This document shows, piece after piece, positions 39,859 to 49,521 of a DNA stretch of 64,000 nt. A model generated the notes under the pieces. That model was not told where the DNA came from and did no database searches. It worked only from the letters and a program-made list of their open reading frames with translations. The DNA lies in assembly GCA_963716175.1 (NCBI GenBank), contig OY970296.1, forward strand, positions 3,296,001 to 3,360,000, given 5' to 3'. The translations under genes were made by a program, and so were the position numbers. Every line of letters starts with the position of its first letter. Position 1 is the first letter of the stretch. This stretch comes from an uncultured Armatimonadetes bacterium. Its GTDB lineage: Bacteria; Armatimonadota; Hebobacteria; Hebobacterales; Hebobacteraceae.

Positions 39859-41438
39859 TCAGGCGCCTACGCCCGCCGGCTTCACGCCCAATATCTGGCA
39901 GGTCCGTTCATCCAGGCCCACCGCGCGCAGCCGCTCCCGGCTGCCCCGCAGACTCTCGATGGCGTTGACTCCCATCGCTCCCAGGATCTCCTCCAGCTCG
40001 GCGCTCCACGCCCGCACCAGGTTCATCAGCCGCTGGGATCCCAGGTAGGGATCGAGGCGGCGGGTCAGCGCCGGGTCCTGGGTGGTGATCCCCCAGGAGC
40101 AGCGGCCGGTGTAGCACCTCTGGCAGAGGGTGCAGCCCAGCGCCAGCAGGGCCGCGGTGCCGACCGCCACCGCGTCCGCGCCCAGGGCGATGGCCTTGGC
40201 GGCATCGGCGCTGGAGCGGATCCCGCCGGCCGCGATCAGGGAGGCCTGATTGCGGATGCCCTCTTCCCGCAGCTGTTGATCCACCACCGCCACCGCGATC
40301 TCGATGGGGATGCCCAGGTGATCGCGAATGGTGGTGGGGGCGGCGCCGGTGCCGCCGCGGAAGCCGTCCAGGTAGATGATGTCGGCCCCGGCGCGGACGA
40401 TGCCGCTGGCGATGGCGGCCACATTGTGCACCGCCGCGATCTTCACCGAGATCGGCTTCTGGTAATCGGTCGCCTCCTTCAGCGCATAGATCAGCTGGCG
40501 CAGGTCCTCGATGGAGTAGATGTCGTGCTGCGGCGCCGGGGAGAGGGCGTCGCTGCCCGCCGGTATCATCCGGGTCTCGGAGATCGCCTGCGACACTTTT
40601 TCACCGGGGAGATGGCCGCCGATGCCCGGCTTGGCCCCCTGTCCGATCTTGATCTCCACCGCCGCGCCCGCGTTCAGGTAATCGGCGTGCACCCCGAAGC
40701 GCCCGGAGGCGCACTGCACGAAGGCGCGGTGAGCATAGGGGCTCAGCTCCGGGTGCAGCCCGCCCTCGCCGGTGTTCCACAGGATGCCGCACTCCCGCGC
40801 CGCCATCGCGAGCGCCTTCTGCGCGGGCAGGCTGATGGAACCATAGGACATGGCGGCGAAGAGCAAGGGAGTCTCGAGCTGGAGGGATGGGGCCAGCTCT
40901 CCGGACAACTGCGGCTCTCCATCTCGCCAGGTGAGGGGGCGCGATCGGGCTTGCTCCCCAGAAAGGTCCGCAGCTCCATCGGCTCCCGCAGCGGGTCAAT
41001 GGGGGGATTGGTCACCTGGCAGGCGTCCAGCACCAGGTTGTCCCAGAGCACGGGGTAGGGGAGGTCATTGCCCATCGCCGCCAGCAGCACCCCACCGGTC
41101 TCGGCCTGCAGCCAGATGTTGCGCCGGTGCGCCTCCGTCCACAGCGGATGGGGGCGGAAGTACTGCGGGTTGGGCCGAATGGTGATCGCCTGCTGCGGGC
41201 AAAAGGCCTCGCAGCGATGGCAGCCGACGCACTTGGCGGGATCGACTACGGGCCCGTCCTCCCACGAGATCGCCAGGAATCCGCACTGCTGCACGCACCG
41301 CTTGCAGCGGGCGCACCGCTCCGCATCGTTCTCCCACCGGAAATCGTGAGGCTGGTAGATGGGCACCCGCGCGCTGCGCGCCCGCCGCGTTGCCACCATC
41401 GCCGCCGTGCCCTGTCGGCTGCCAGATGAACTGCTCAC
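39859..41438 (-). CDS. Glutamate synthase FMN subunit with N-terminal 2x[4Fe-4S] (GltB2-like; frameshift near 40910)
   Basis: Two CxxCxxCxxxC motifs; AMSYGS, NTGEGG, IKIGQGAKPGIGGHLPG, SPAPQHDIYSIEDL, CTLCQRCYTGRC. Confidence 0.9.
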
Positions 41439-42589
41439 CTCAAGCCTCCCTTCGTCATCGCCGTTGGCTCAGCGCCTGGATCTCCCACCACCCGCTCACT
41501 CCCCAGGCGGCCGATCACTGGCCGGCCCGCCCGCGGCGCCCAGATACGATCGGGGTCAGGGCACATGGCGCGGATCCCTGCCTCCTCGCTGGAGAGGTAG
41601 AGCCAGCTATCCCTGCGCGCCGCCACCAGGGGCCGCAGCTTGACGCGGTCGTTCAAGCCCACCATCTCTCCCTGCCGGGCGAAGATGATGGCGAATGGCC
41701 CGTTCACCAGCGCGCTGGCGTACACCTGACGCAGCGTCCGGTAGAGCCCCTGCCGCGACTCCGGCATGCGCTCGATCTGCTGCCAGAAGGGGGCCGCCAG
41801 CACATCACAGGCCAGCTCCACCGAGAGCTCGTGCCGCCGGATCAGCAGATCGAGCAGGTAGGCGATCACCTCCGTGTCGGTACGCATGGTGCACTGGTAG
41901 CCGAACATCTCCAGGTAGCGCTTGTTGATGCCGTAGGAGGAGATCTCCCCGTTGTGCACCACCGCCCAATCCAGCAGAGTGAAAGGATGCGCGCCTGCCC
42001 ACCAGCCCGGCGTGTTGGTGGGGAAACGGCCGTGCCCGATCCAGATATAGGCCTGGTACTCCTCCAGGCGGAAGAAGTCCGCGATCTCTTCCGCATAGCC
42101 CACGGCCTTGAACGCACCCATGTTCTTTCCGCTGGAGAAGACGTAGGCGTCGGCGATCTCGCTGTTGATGTGCATCACTCGCCGCATCACGAACTCCTCG
42201 ACGGAGAGGCCGGAGTGGCTCAATTCCGCCGGTCGCGGCAGGACGAAGTAGCGCATCAGGATGGGCGGATCAAGGATGTTGGGGTGAGGGCGGGTAGGGA
42301 TGCGCTCGTCGTGGCGGACCTCGAAATCGCGCTCCAGCGCCGCCTCTGTCCGGCCCTGGGCCTCGGGGGAGTAGAACATGAGGTGAAGCGCGAACTGGTC
42401 GGCCCGCTGGGGGTAGATGCCGTAGCCGGCGAATCCGCCGCCCAGCCCGTTGCTGCGGTCGTGCAGCAGTGCGATGGAGGCGCGGATCGCCCTCCCGTCA
42501 ACCCGATCGCCGGTCAGGCTCATCAGCCCGCTCAGGCCGCAGCCCGAGATCATGCGGTTGCCGCGGTCAAACTCGGATCGCTTCATCAC
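41435..42589 (-). CDS. Glutamate synthase glutamine amidotransferase subunit (GltB1-like)
   Basis: CGL, GHGRFPTNT, AHPF, HNGEI, TDTEV, LRP, SSEE. Confidence 0.88.
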   Translation of the reverse strand: MMKRSEFDRGNRMISGCGLSGLMSLTGDRVDGRAIRASIALLHDRSNGLGGGFAGYGIYPQRADQFALHLMFYSPEAQGRTEAALERDFEVRHDERIPTRPHPNILDPPILMRYFVLPRPAELSHSGLSVEEFVMRRVMHINSEIADAYVFSSGKNMGAFKAVGYAEEIADFFRLEEYQAYIWIGHGRFPTNTPGWWAGAHPFTLLDWAVVHNGEISSYGINKRYLEMFGYQCTMRTDTEVIAYLLDLLIRRHELSVELACDVLAAPFWQQIERMPESRQGLYRTLRQVYASALVNGPFAIIFARQGEMVGLNDRVKLRPLVAARRDSWLYLSSEEAGIRAMCPDPDRIWAPRAGRPVIGRLGSERVVGDPGAEPTAMTKGGLR

Positions 42590-42731
42590 CGCCTAACCCT
42601 GTAGCGCGGGCATGTGGCTAGGTCGCCGGTGGGCAACCGCTGGCTAGGCCGGCAAAGCCGGCCGCCATCCCGGCCCTATCGGGCCTAGGGACATCCCGGC
42701 CTTCAGGCCTAGGGACCCATGCCCGCCGACC

Positions 42732-44075
42732 TCATCGGCGTTCATCTGCGGTTGATTCTCCCTCCCCCAGCAGCTCTCGCAGCTCCTCTGCCGGCGCCGG
42801 CGGCACTGGCGGCAGACCCAGCCGGCGCCGCTGCGCCACCGAGCCCTCGGCCATCCGGCCTGTCTCCCTGAAGGCGCGCAGGCCCTCCCGCACTGCCTCC
42901 GGCGCCAGCCCTCGCGCCATCGCCAGGCTCTTGGCCACCCGCAGGATGGTCATCTGGTCATACTTGTTGGGGCACAGCTCGGCGCAGGTGTAGCACTCCA
43001 CGCACTTCCAGAGCTGCGGGGAATGCAGCACCGTCTCCAGCTCGCCGCTCGCCAGGGCGCGCACCACGGCATTGGGGTCGAAGTCCGGGTCGGCCCGCGC
43101 CACCGGGCAGTCGTCCACACAGGCGCCGCACTCGGCGCAGGCGCGCAGCAGGGGATAATCCCAGTGCTCTCGCACTGAGTCAATGCGCTGCCGCCGTTCC
43201 TCCCAGTTCGCCAGGAAGGGAGCCACCGACACCCGGTGCCGGTCCAGGGCCAACTCTTCGGGTCCCAGGCCCAGTGCCAGCCCGAGCAGCTCCGGATAGT
43301 AGAGCACCGGCAGGTTCAGCTCCTCCCCGGCCCGCTGCAGCACATGCTGCACATTGTCGTACTGCAGCATGCAGGAGGGGCAGACCAGGGTGAGGGCGTC
43401 CGCTTCCCGTGCTGCTATCTCCCGCAGCTTGCTCCGGCACATCGCCTGGGCTGTCTCCTCTTGCCCGGCCCGCAGCAGCAGGTTGCCGCAGCAGTCCATC
43501 TTCGAGGGGTAGGGTATGCTCTCCGCCCCCAGGGTCGCGACCAGTTGATCGAACTTGGTGGGCCAGAACGGGTCATCGAACATCAGCTCTTGGCTGGGCC
43601 GCAGCAGGTGACAGCCATAGTGCACCGCGATCTTCATCCCGGTCAGCGGATAGAGGATCCGATCCCGCAAGGCGCCAGCAGCGGCCTCCTGGTCAATCAC
43701 GTCCAGAAGATGAAGCACCTCCACGGTGCCGTGATAGCGGCGGCCGACCCGGCCCAGCGCGTGGTTCACTTCCTCCGCCAGCGCGGGGTCGGATCGGAGC
43801 TCCACATTGGCACCCTTCAGGGTGGAGAAGCAGCCCGTGCAGGGAGTGACGAAGTCCCGGCCGGCTTGCTCGGCTACGCTGAGATTGCGGGCGGCCGTCA
43901 GCAGCCACAGGCGGTGGCTCAAGTTCCGGACCGCGGTCTTCTCGGGGCAGCAGGTCAGATCCGGCAGATCCACCACGTCCACCCCCAGGCGTCCCAGCAC
44001 CGCCCGGGTTGACTTCTCCATGAAGGGCAATCGCCCGGGAATGTAGCAGCCCCAGAAGTATGCGTAGGATGCCAC
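42732..44075 (-). CDS. HdrB-like (two CCG domains) protein fused to a C-terminal HdrC-like 2x[4Fe-4S] domain
   Basis: WGC, TCCP, PCTGC, HYGCHLLRP, CCG, CPSC, then CAECGACVDDCP and CVECYTCAELCP. Confidence 0.85.
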   Translation of the reverse strand: MASYAYFWGCYIPGRLPFMEKSTRAVLGRLGVDVVDLPDLTCCPEKTAVRNLSHRLWLLTAARNLSVAEQAGRDFVTPCTGCFSTLKGANVELRSDPALAEEVNHALGRVGRRYHGTVEVLHLLDVIDQEAAAGALRDRILYPLTGMKIAVHYGCHLLRPSQELMFDDPFWPTKFDQLVATLGAESIPYPSKMDCCGNLLLRAGQEETAQAMCRSKLREIAAREADALTLVCPSCMLQYDNVQHVLQRAGEELNLPVLYYPELLGLALGLGPEELALDRHRVSVAPFLANWEERRQRIDSVREHWDYPLLRACAECGACVDDCPVARADPDFDPNAVVRALASGELETVLHSPQLWKCVECYTCAELCPNKYDQMTILRVAKSLAMARGLAPEAVREGLRAFRETGRMAEGSVAQRRRLGLPPVPPAPAEELRELLGEGESTADERR

Positions 44076-44127
44076 CACAGCCTCCACACTGCCGCCGAAG
44101 CCAGCATCACGAAGGTCCCGGCCGGCA

Positions 44128-44182
44128 GTCGGCAAGTTACTGCCGACAGGAGGATTATACCTGTGGGGCGTCTGCTGGTCAA
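44128..44182 (-). promoter_or_regulatory. Sigma70-type promoter of the hdr-glt operon with downstream palindrome
   Basis: TTGACC-N17-TATAAT (44182-44154); GTCGGCA-N6-TGCCGAC at 44128-44147. Confidence 0.7.
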
Positions 44183-44468
44183 GCCTGAGCCGGCAGCAGC
44201 AGGCTTCCGCTCGCATCCTTGGCTCGCGTCCCGCCCTCCGTCCTGGGCGGGACTGTTCGGGTTACCCTCGCGGGGCTCACAAGTGCGTCTGGACCGACAG
44301 GGGTGGCTTCATGCCGGAAGCGAGGAGGGTAAAATACTGCGAGCCGTTGAACCCGGGTCACCGGCGGTTCGGGGTCGCGGTTGGTGCTGGCTGGACGCCA
44401 CCCGGAGGTGGTGTGGCAGGGCAATCCGCTCCACCTCCAAGTGAGGAATCCAGCCCGAGGTGTAGACC

Positions 44469-45430
44469 ATGGTGTGGCTTGACAAGCTGCTGCGCCTGAG
44501 ATCGGTCGCCTACATCGTAGTGATCGCTTTTGTCGGCTTCGCCATCTGGCAACTGCTCTTCCACGTGATCTTCATGGTGGTGCTGCGGGTCCACAGCATG
44601 CTGGCCCAGCATCTTCATCTCTCTCACGGTGGAGACTGCGGGGGCAGCTACCCTGACCGTGATCGTGGTGAGAGCGGTGCTGCAGGCCAATAGGGAGCTC
44701 ACGGAGCTGCATCGCGAGAAGGACATGCTCACCAGCATCATCGTGCACGACCTCCGCCAGCCTCTGACCGGGCTGATCGGAGGCCTGGCCGGGGCCGCCG
44801 CCGACCCTTCCCTTCCGACCCAGACCCGGGAGATGCTGGCCCTCGCCCGCGAGAGCGGCGGAGAGCTGATCCAGATGGTGAACGACCTGCTCGACATCAG
44901 TCGGCTGGAGGCCGGCCAGCCGCTGACCGAGAAGCGCGCGGTGGCCCCCGATGAGTTCATCCGCCAGGGCGTACGCGACCTGGAGCAGGCGGCCCGGTTG
45001 GGCCGGGTCGAGCTCTCTCTGGCTCTGCCCGAGGACCTGCCGCAGATCGTGGGCGACGCGGGCCGGCTTCGCCGGGTGGTGGCGAACTTGGTGGGCAACG
45101 CGGTCAAGTTCACCCCCGCCGGCGGCCGGGTGGAGGTCGAGCGCGCGCAGCGATCCCTCCCGCCAGAGGCTGCTGGTCAGTGTGGCCGATACCGGGATCG
45201 GAGTTCCTGCCCACCTCCGGCGCCGCATCTTCGACAAGTTCGCGGTATACGAGTCCCGTTCCTCTGGCCGCGGCTCCACGGGCCTGGGCCTGGCCTTCTG
45301 CAAGATGGTGGTCGAGGCTCACGGCGGGACCATCCAGCTCGAAGGGGAAGAGGGCCACGGCAGCACATTCAGCTTCTCACTCCCCCTCTTCGCGGGGTCA
45401 GCCCGGAGGGCGGCCGCGGGAGGACCCTAA
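44469..45430 (+). CDS. Membrane sensor histidine kinase 1 (frameshifts near 44620 and 45145)
   Basis: Two TM helices, HDLRQPL H-box, NLVGNAVKFT, DTGIG, GSTGLGLAFCK across three frames. Confidence 0.8.
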
Positions 45431-46359
45431 TGGGCCGTCGCCTGGCACGATTCCGTCTGGGTCCGGTGGTGACCGGGGTGCTGCTGGCCTTCGTGGTGTT
45501 CTCGCTCTGGCAGTTCGTGGATCACTGGCTGCTGGCCGAGCGCTTCAGGCTGCCTCTCCTCGCCGAGTACTCGGTTGACGACCTGGTGGAGACCGCTTGC
45601 GCCAGCGTGGTGATCGCCTTCGTGATCAGAGCACTCGCCGGCCGTAACCGGGAGTTGGCCGAGCTCAGCCGCCAGAAGGACACCCTGACCGATTTTCTGG
45701 TGCACGACCTGCGGCAGCCGATCACCGCCCTGCTCGCCGGGCTCTCCGTCGCTCGCGCCGCGCGGTTGCCGCCGCAGGCCAAGGCCTCGATCCAGATCGC
45801 CGAACAGGGTGGCGCCGAGCTGCTGGGAATGGTGGACGACCTGCTGGATATCACCCGGCTGGAGGCAGGCCAGCCCCTGATCGAGAAGGCGGCCGTCTTC
45901 CCGGCCGAGTTCATCGAGGTCGCAGTGAGAGATGCGGAGCAGCTGGCGCGGCAGAAGGAGATAGACCTGAGGCTGGACCTCGCCCAGAACCTGCCGCGGA
46001 TTGCGGGTGATCGGCAGAGGCTGGGGCGCGTGGTGATGAACCTGTTGAGCAATGCCGTCCAGTACACCCCGGAGAAAGGGCGGGTCCAGGTGCGCGCTCG
46101 CCTCGATCCCGGCAGCGCCCAGGTCCTGGTCAGCGTTTCCGACAACGGGATCGGCATCCCGAGGCAGTTCCAGCAGCGGATCTTCGACAAGTTCGTCGTG
46201 ATCGGGACCCGCCTCTCCGCCGGCCGGGGCTCCACCGGGCTGGGCCTGGCCTTCTGCAAGATGATCGTGGAAGCCCATGGCGGCACCATCTGGCTGGAGA
46301 GCGAGGAAGGTCAGGGCAGCACCTTCACTTTCGCTCTCCCCGTCTCCGGGGGCGCCTGA
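45430..46359 (+). CDS. Membrane sensor histidine kinase 2
   Basis: ATG overlaps the TAA of HK1; two TM helices, HDLRQPI, NLLSNAVQYT, DNGIG, GSTGLGLAFCK. Confidence 0.88.
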   Translation: MGRRLARFRLGPVVTGVLLAFVVFSLWQFVDHWLLAERFRLPLLAEYSVDDLVETACASVVIAFVIRALAGRNRELAELSRQKDTLTDFLVHDLRQPITALLAGLSVARAARLPPQAKASIQIAEQGGAELLGMVDDLLDITRLEAGQPLIEKAAVFPAEFIEVAVRDAEQLARQKEIDLRLDLAQNLPRIAGDRQRLGRVVMNLLSNAVQYTPEKGRVQVRARLDPGSAQVLVSVSDNGIGIPRQFQQRIFDKFVVIGTRLSAGRGSTGLGLAFCKMIVEAHGGTIWLESEEGQGSTFTFALPVSGGA

Positions 46360-46786
46360 CACAGCGGCTGATGCATCGTGTCTGCCTGGTTGTCTGGGCG
46401 AGGTCCTGACCTGTCTGGTGGCCGGCAGGCCAACCGCAGGGGCGGACCTGGGGCCGGCCTGCGGGCGATGGGGGCCTGTCGCGCTTAAGCGCGGGAAGAC
46501 CTGTACCTTTCGGCAGAGCTGTGGTATACTCTCGCGCCGTCCCGCGGTATGCGAGCGGCGGCGAGGCGAGGGCCTTCGCTCCCTTCCACGCCAACCGGCA
46601 CTCAGCCGGCGGGTGATCTGAGGGAGGCTGCGCCCTAGATGTGGTAACACAACCTGCACACATCTGTGACACGGCCGCCTGGCCGGGGCCGTCCGGGAAA
46701 AGGAGGTGAGGGGCAGATCTGATTTCAGCTACCAGATGGGCCGCAGATGGTGCTGTGGCAACGAGAGGTGAAAGGAAGAAAGGAAG

Positions 46787-47692
46787 ATGAACAAGAGAGT
46801 GTGGGCACTTCCCGTCCTGGTTGCCCTGTTGCTGGCGGTAGGGACCGGCGTTGGGTTCGCCATCCCGTCGCTGGGTGGACCAACGGGAATCGTCAGCCTG
46901 CCGACGGCAGAGATCGCGCCTCAGAACCAACTGCAGACCGCGCTCAGCTACCAGAAGTTCACGGTGACGAGCGTAGTCGAGAGCACTGGGATGTACGGGC
47001 AGCCAGCGCCAGCAGAAAGCTCCGACGACTTCACATCCTGGTCCCTCCAGGCCTTGGCAGCAGTGACGAAGGAGGCGGAACTTTGGGCAGCCTACTCGTC
47101 CGTCAAGAACTCGGATGATACCAGCGTGTGGGGAATCGGGGGCAAGGTGCAGTTGACGAAGGAGTCCGAGCAGGGCGCTGACGTCGCCATCGGGGCCAGC
47201 TTCCAGAGCGCCACCGAGACTGTGTTGGAGTCCATCGGGATGTATGGTGAGAGCCAGGAGGTCAGCATTGATGTGGACGTGGATGTGTGGAAGGCCTACC
47301 TGGTCGCCACCAAGGACTTCGCACAGATGAAGGGCGAGATGTCGGAAGGGGCTCGACCTCGCATGCTGGGCAGCCTCGGCTTGCTCTACCTCAAGGTCAA
47401 CGCCTCGGCCAGCGCCTACGGGGTAAGTGTAAGTGAGGACGAGAGCCTGACTCGGCCCTTCATCGGGTTCGAGTTTGTGCAGCCTCCTGCGACCAGTCTG
47501 GGCCTCGAGTATCGCTGGAGTGACGACAACCTGGACGCTAAGGCCGTGTTCTCGGCCGTGCTCCGGCAGAAGCTCTCGCCGGAGGTGACAGCCGAGATCG
47601 GGACCACCAACGCCGACCCCCTCGGCCTTGGGCTCGACGATCAGAACATCTTCGTGCGCGTAGGGTATAGCTTCCCACTTAAGGGGTATTAG
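46787..47692 (+). CDS. Outer-membrane beta-barrel-like exported protein, paralogue 1
   Basis: Signal peptide, IPSLGGPTGIV..P.A, alternating beta-strand pattern, C-terminal RVGYSF..Y. Confidence 0.7.
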   Translation: MNKRVWALPVLVALLLAVGTGVGFAIPSLGGPTGIVSLPTAEIAPQNQLQTALSYQKFTVTSVVESTGMYGQPAPAESSDDFTSWSLQALAAVTKEAELWAAYSSVKNSDDTSVWGIGGKVQLTKESEQGADVAIGASFQSATETVLESIGMYGESQEVSIDVDVDVWKAYLVATKDFAQMKGEMSEGARPRMLGSLGLLYLKVNASASAYGVSVSEDESLTRPFIGFEFVQPPATSLGLEYRWSDDNLDAKAVFSAVLRQKLSPEVTAEIGTTNADPLGLGLDDQNIFVRVGYSFPLKGY

Positions 47693-47732
47693 CGGGTAGC
47701 GCTTCCGCAGCCTGCTGAGCACGGAGAATTGC

Positions 47733-47761
47733 GACAAGGAACGCTTCTGGCGTTCCTTGTC
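47733..47761. terminator. Hairpin after barrel paralogue 1
   Basis: GACAAGGAACGC-ttctg-GCGTTCCTTGTC, 12-bp stem; no clear U tract. Confidence 0.45.
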
Positions 47762-48214
47762 CGCGTGAGCAGGCTCGCGGGCGGCGTGACGTGTGGTGGC
47801 GGCGCCAGGCAGGCCTACCGGGTGTGCCAGAGGGTGACTGCTCAGGAGCCTGTGATGAGCATGCCGCCGAGTGAGGTATACAAGGCTGTGCCAGAAACCC
47901 ATCGGCCCTGCCCCAGCGCCGGATTGCGCCGCAGAGCCTGACACGACGTGGGAGGTGCCGGGGACCGCTCACGGCGCTCGCCAAGCGAGGAAGGGAGGTG
48001 GGGTCCCAAGGCGGTATTCTTGGGCAGTTTCACCTCGCAGCCGGCTGCAGTGCTGTGTCTCGGGATAGCTTGGTATAGGGCGCCGGGGCTGCCATCTGGC
48101 AACACGAGAGGCAGCCGCGCCTCGCGCTTGCGCCGCCTCAGGCGGGGGCGAGGCCGGACCGGAAGGGCATCTGTGTGGCGGCACACTAGCGAGGAGGACT
48201 GAAAGGAAGAGAGG

Positions 48215-49106
48215 ATGATGAACAAGAGACTGTGGGCACTTCCCGTGCTGGCGGCCCTGTTGCTGGCTGCGGGGGGTGGCGTCGGGTTCGCCATGCCATC
48301 GCTGGGCGGGCCAACGGGAATCGTCAGCGTGCCGACGGCGGAGATCGCCCCGCCCAACACGCTGCAGACTGCGCTGAGCTATCAGGCCTTCAAGGTGAAG
48401 GAGATAGAGGCGGCCGGCATGTACGCGCCTGCCACCACCCGCAACGAGGACTTCACGGCGTGGTCGCTGCAAGGCCTGGCGGGCATCACCGATATGGCGG
48501 AACTCTGGGCAGCCTATACGGCCGTCAGGAATGAGAACGACTCCCACGTCTGGGGCATCGGCGGCAAGTTCGCCTTCACCAAAGAGCCTGAGGACACCGC
48601 CGCGCTCGCCATTGGGGCGAGCTATCAGAGAATGGGTGGACGGTCTGGAGATCGCCACCACCAGCATGTATGGCGGTGTCCCGGAGACCATCACTACTGA
48701 CGCCAAGGTGCTCAAGGCCTACCTGGTCGCCACCAAGGACTTCACCCCGATGAAGAGCGAGAAGTGGGAATGGGGTCCAGGTGCAGGCACCCGCATGCTG
48801 GGCACCGTGGGCCTGCTGTACCTGCGGGCGGACCCAGGTGTTGGCGAGGCGGAAACCCTGACCCGTCCCTTCATTGGCTTCGAGTTCCTGGGCGCGGGCG
48901 GCACCAGCATTGGGCTCGAGTATCGCTGGCAGGATGACAATCTGGACGAGAAGGCCGTCTTCTCTGCCGCGGTGCAGCACAGGTTCTCAGACCAAGTCAG
49001 TGTCGAGATCGGCACCACCAATGCGGACTCGCTCGGCATCGGTACGGGCGATCAGGACTTCTTCGCGCGCGTGGGCTACAGCTTCAAGATGAAGGGCGTC
49101 TACTAG
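48215..49106 (+). CDS. Outer-membrane beta-barrel-like protein, paralogue 2 (frameshift near 48630)
   Basis: ORFs 48215..48700 and 48531..49106 together align end-to-end with paralogue 1. Confidence 0.7.
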
Positions 49107-49150
49107 GCCTCACGCCTGCTCTCGCGGTCCTCGCGGCCGCTGCTGAGATT

Positions 49151-49180
49151 GACAGGGGACGGCTCCAGCCGTCCCCTGTC
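49151..49180. terminator. Hairpin after barrel paralogue 2
   Basis: GACAGGGGACGGCT-cc-AGCCGTCCCCTGTC. Confidence 0.5.
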
Positions 49181-49521
49181 CGCATTTCCCTCCTGATGCA
49201 TCGGGCCGGGGCCTCTCCGGTGGGCGCTCAGCGGACTGAGGGGCAGCCGCCTTGGTGGGGGGTGCCGCGAGCTGGCGGGAGCCGCGCCGCTCTCTCCACC
49301 CCGGACTTGCGGTGAAGACTGCAGGTGAGGTATAAGGGCACGGCGAACAGGCGGCCTCGGCCAGGTCGCGGCAGGAAAAGGAGGTGAGTCGCAGGCCCGA
49401 CAGCGAGTGAACGGGACGCAGAGGCAGTTGCCTGCTGACAGGGGCTCCGGCTCCGGTTGTGCTCTCGCCACCGCTGCGGTGGATGGGTCAGAGTCGCCCA
49501 CAGGGAAAGGACAAAAGCAAG

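Noticed and set aside
44629-46359. Apparent double histidine-kinase fusion (576-aa ORF)
   Set aside because: The ATPase end of HK1 is in ORF 44951..45430 and stops where HK2 starts; the linker is off-frame sequence.
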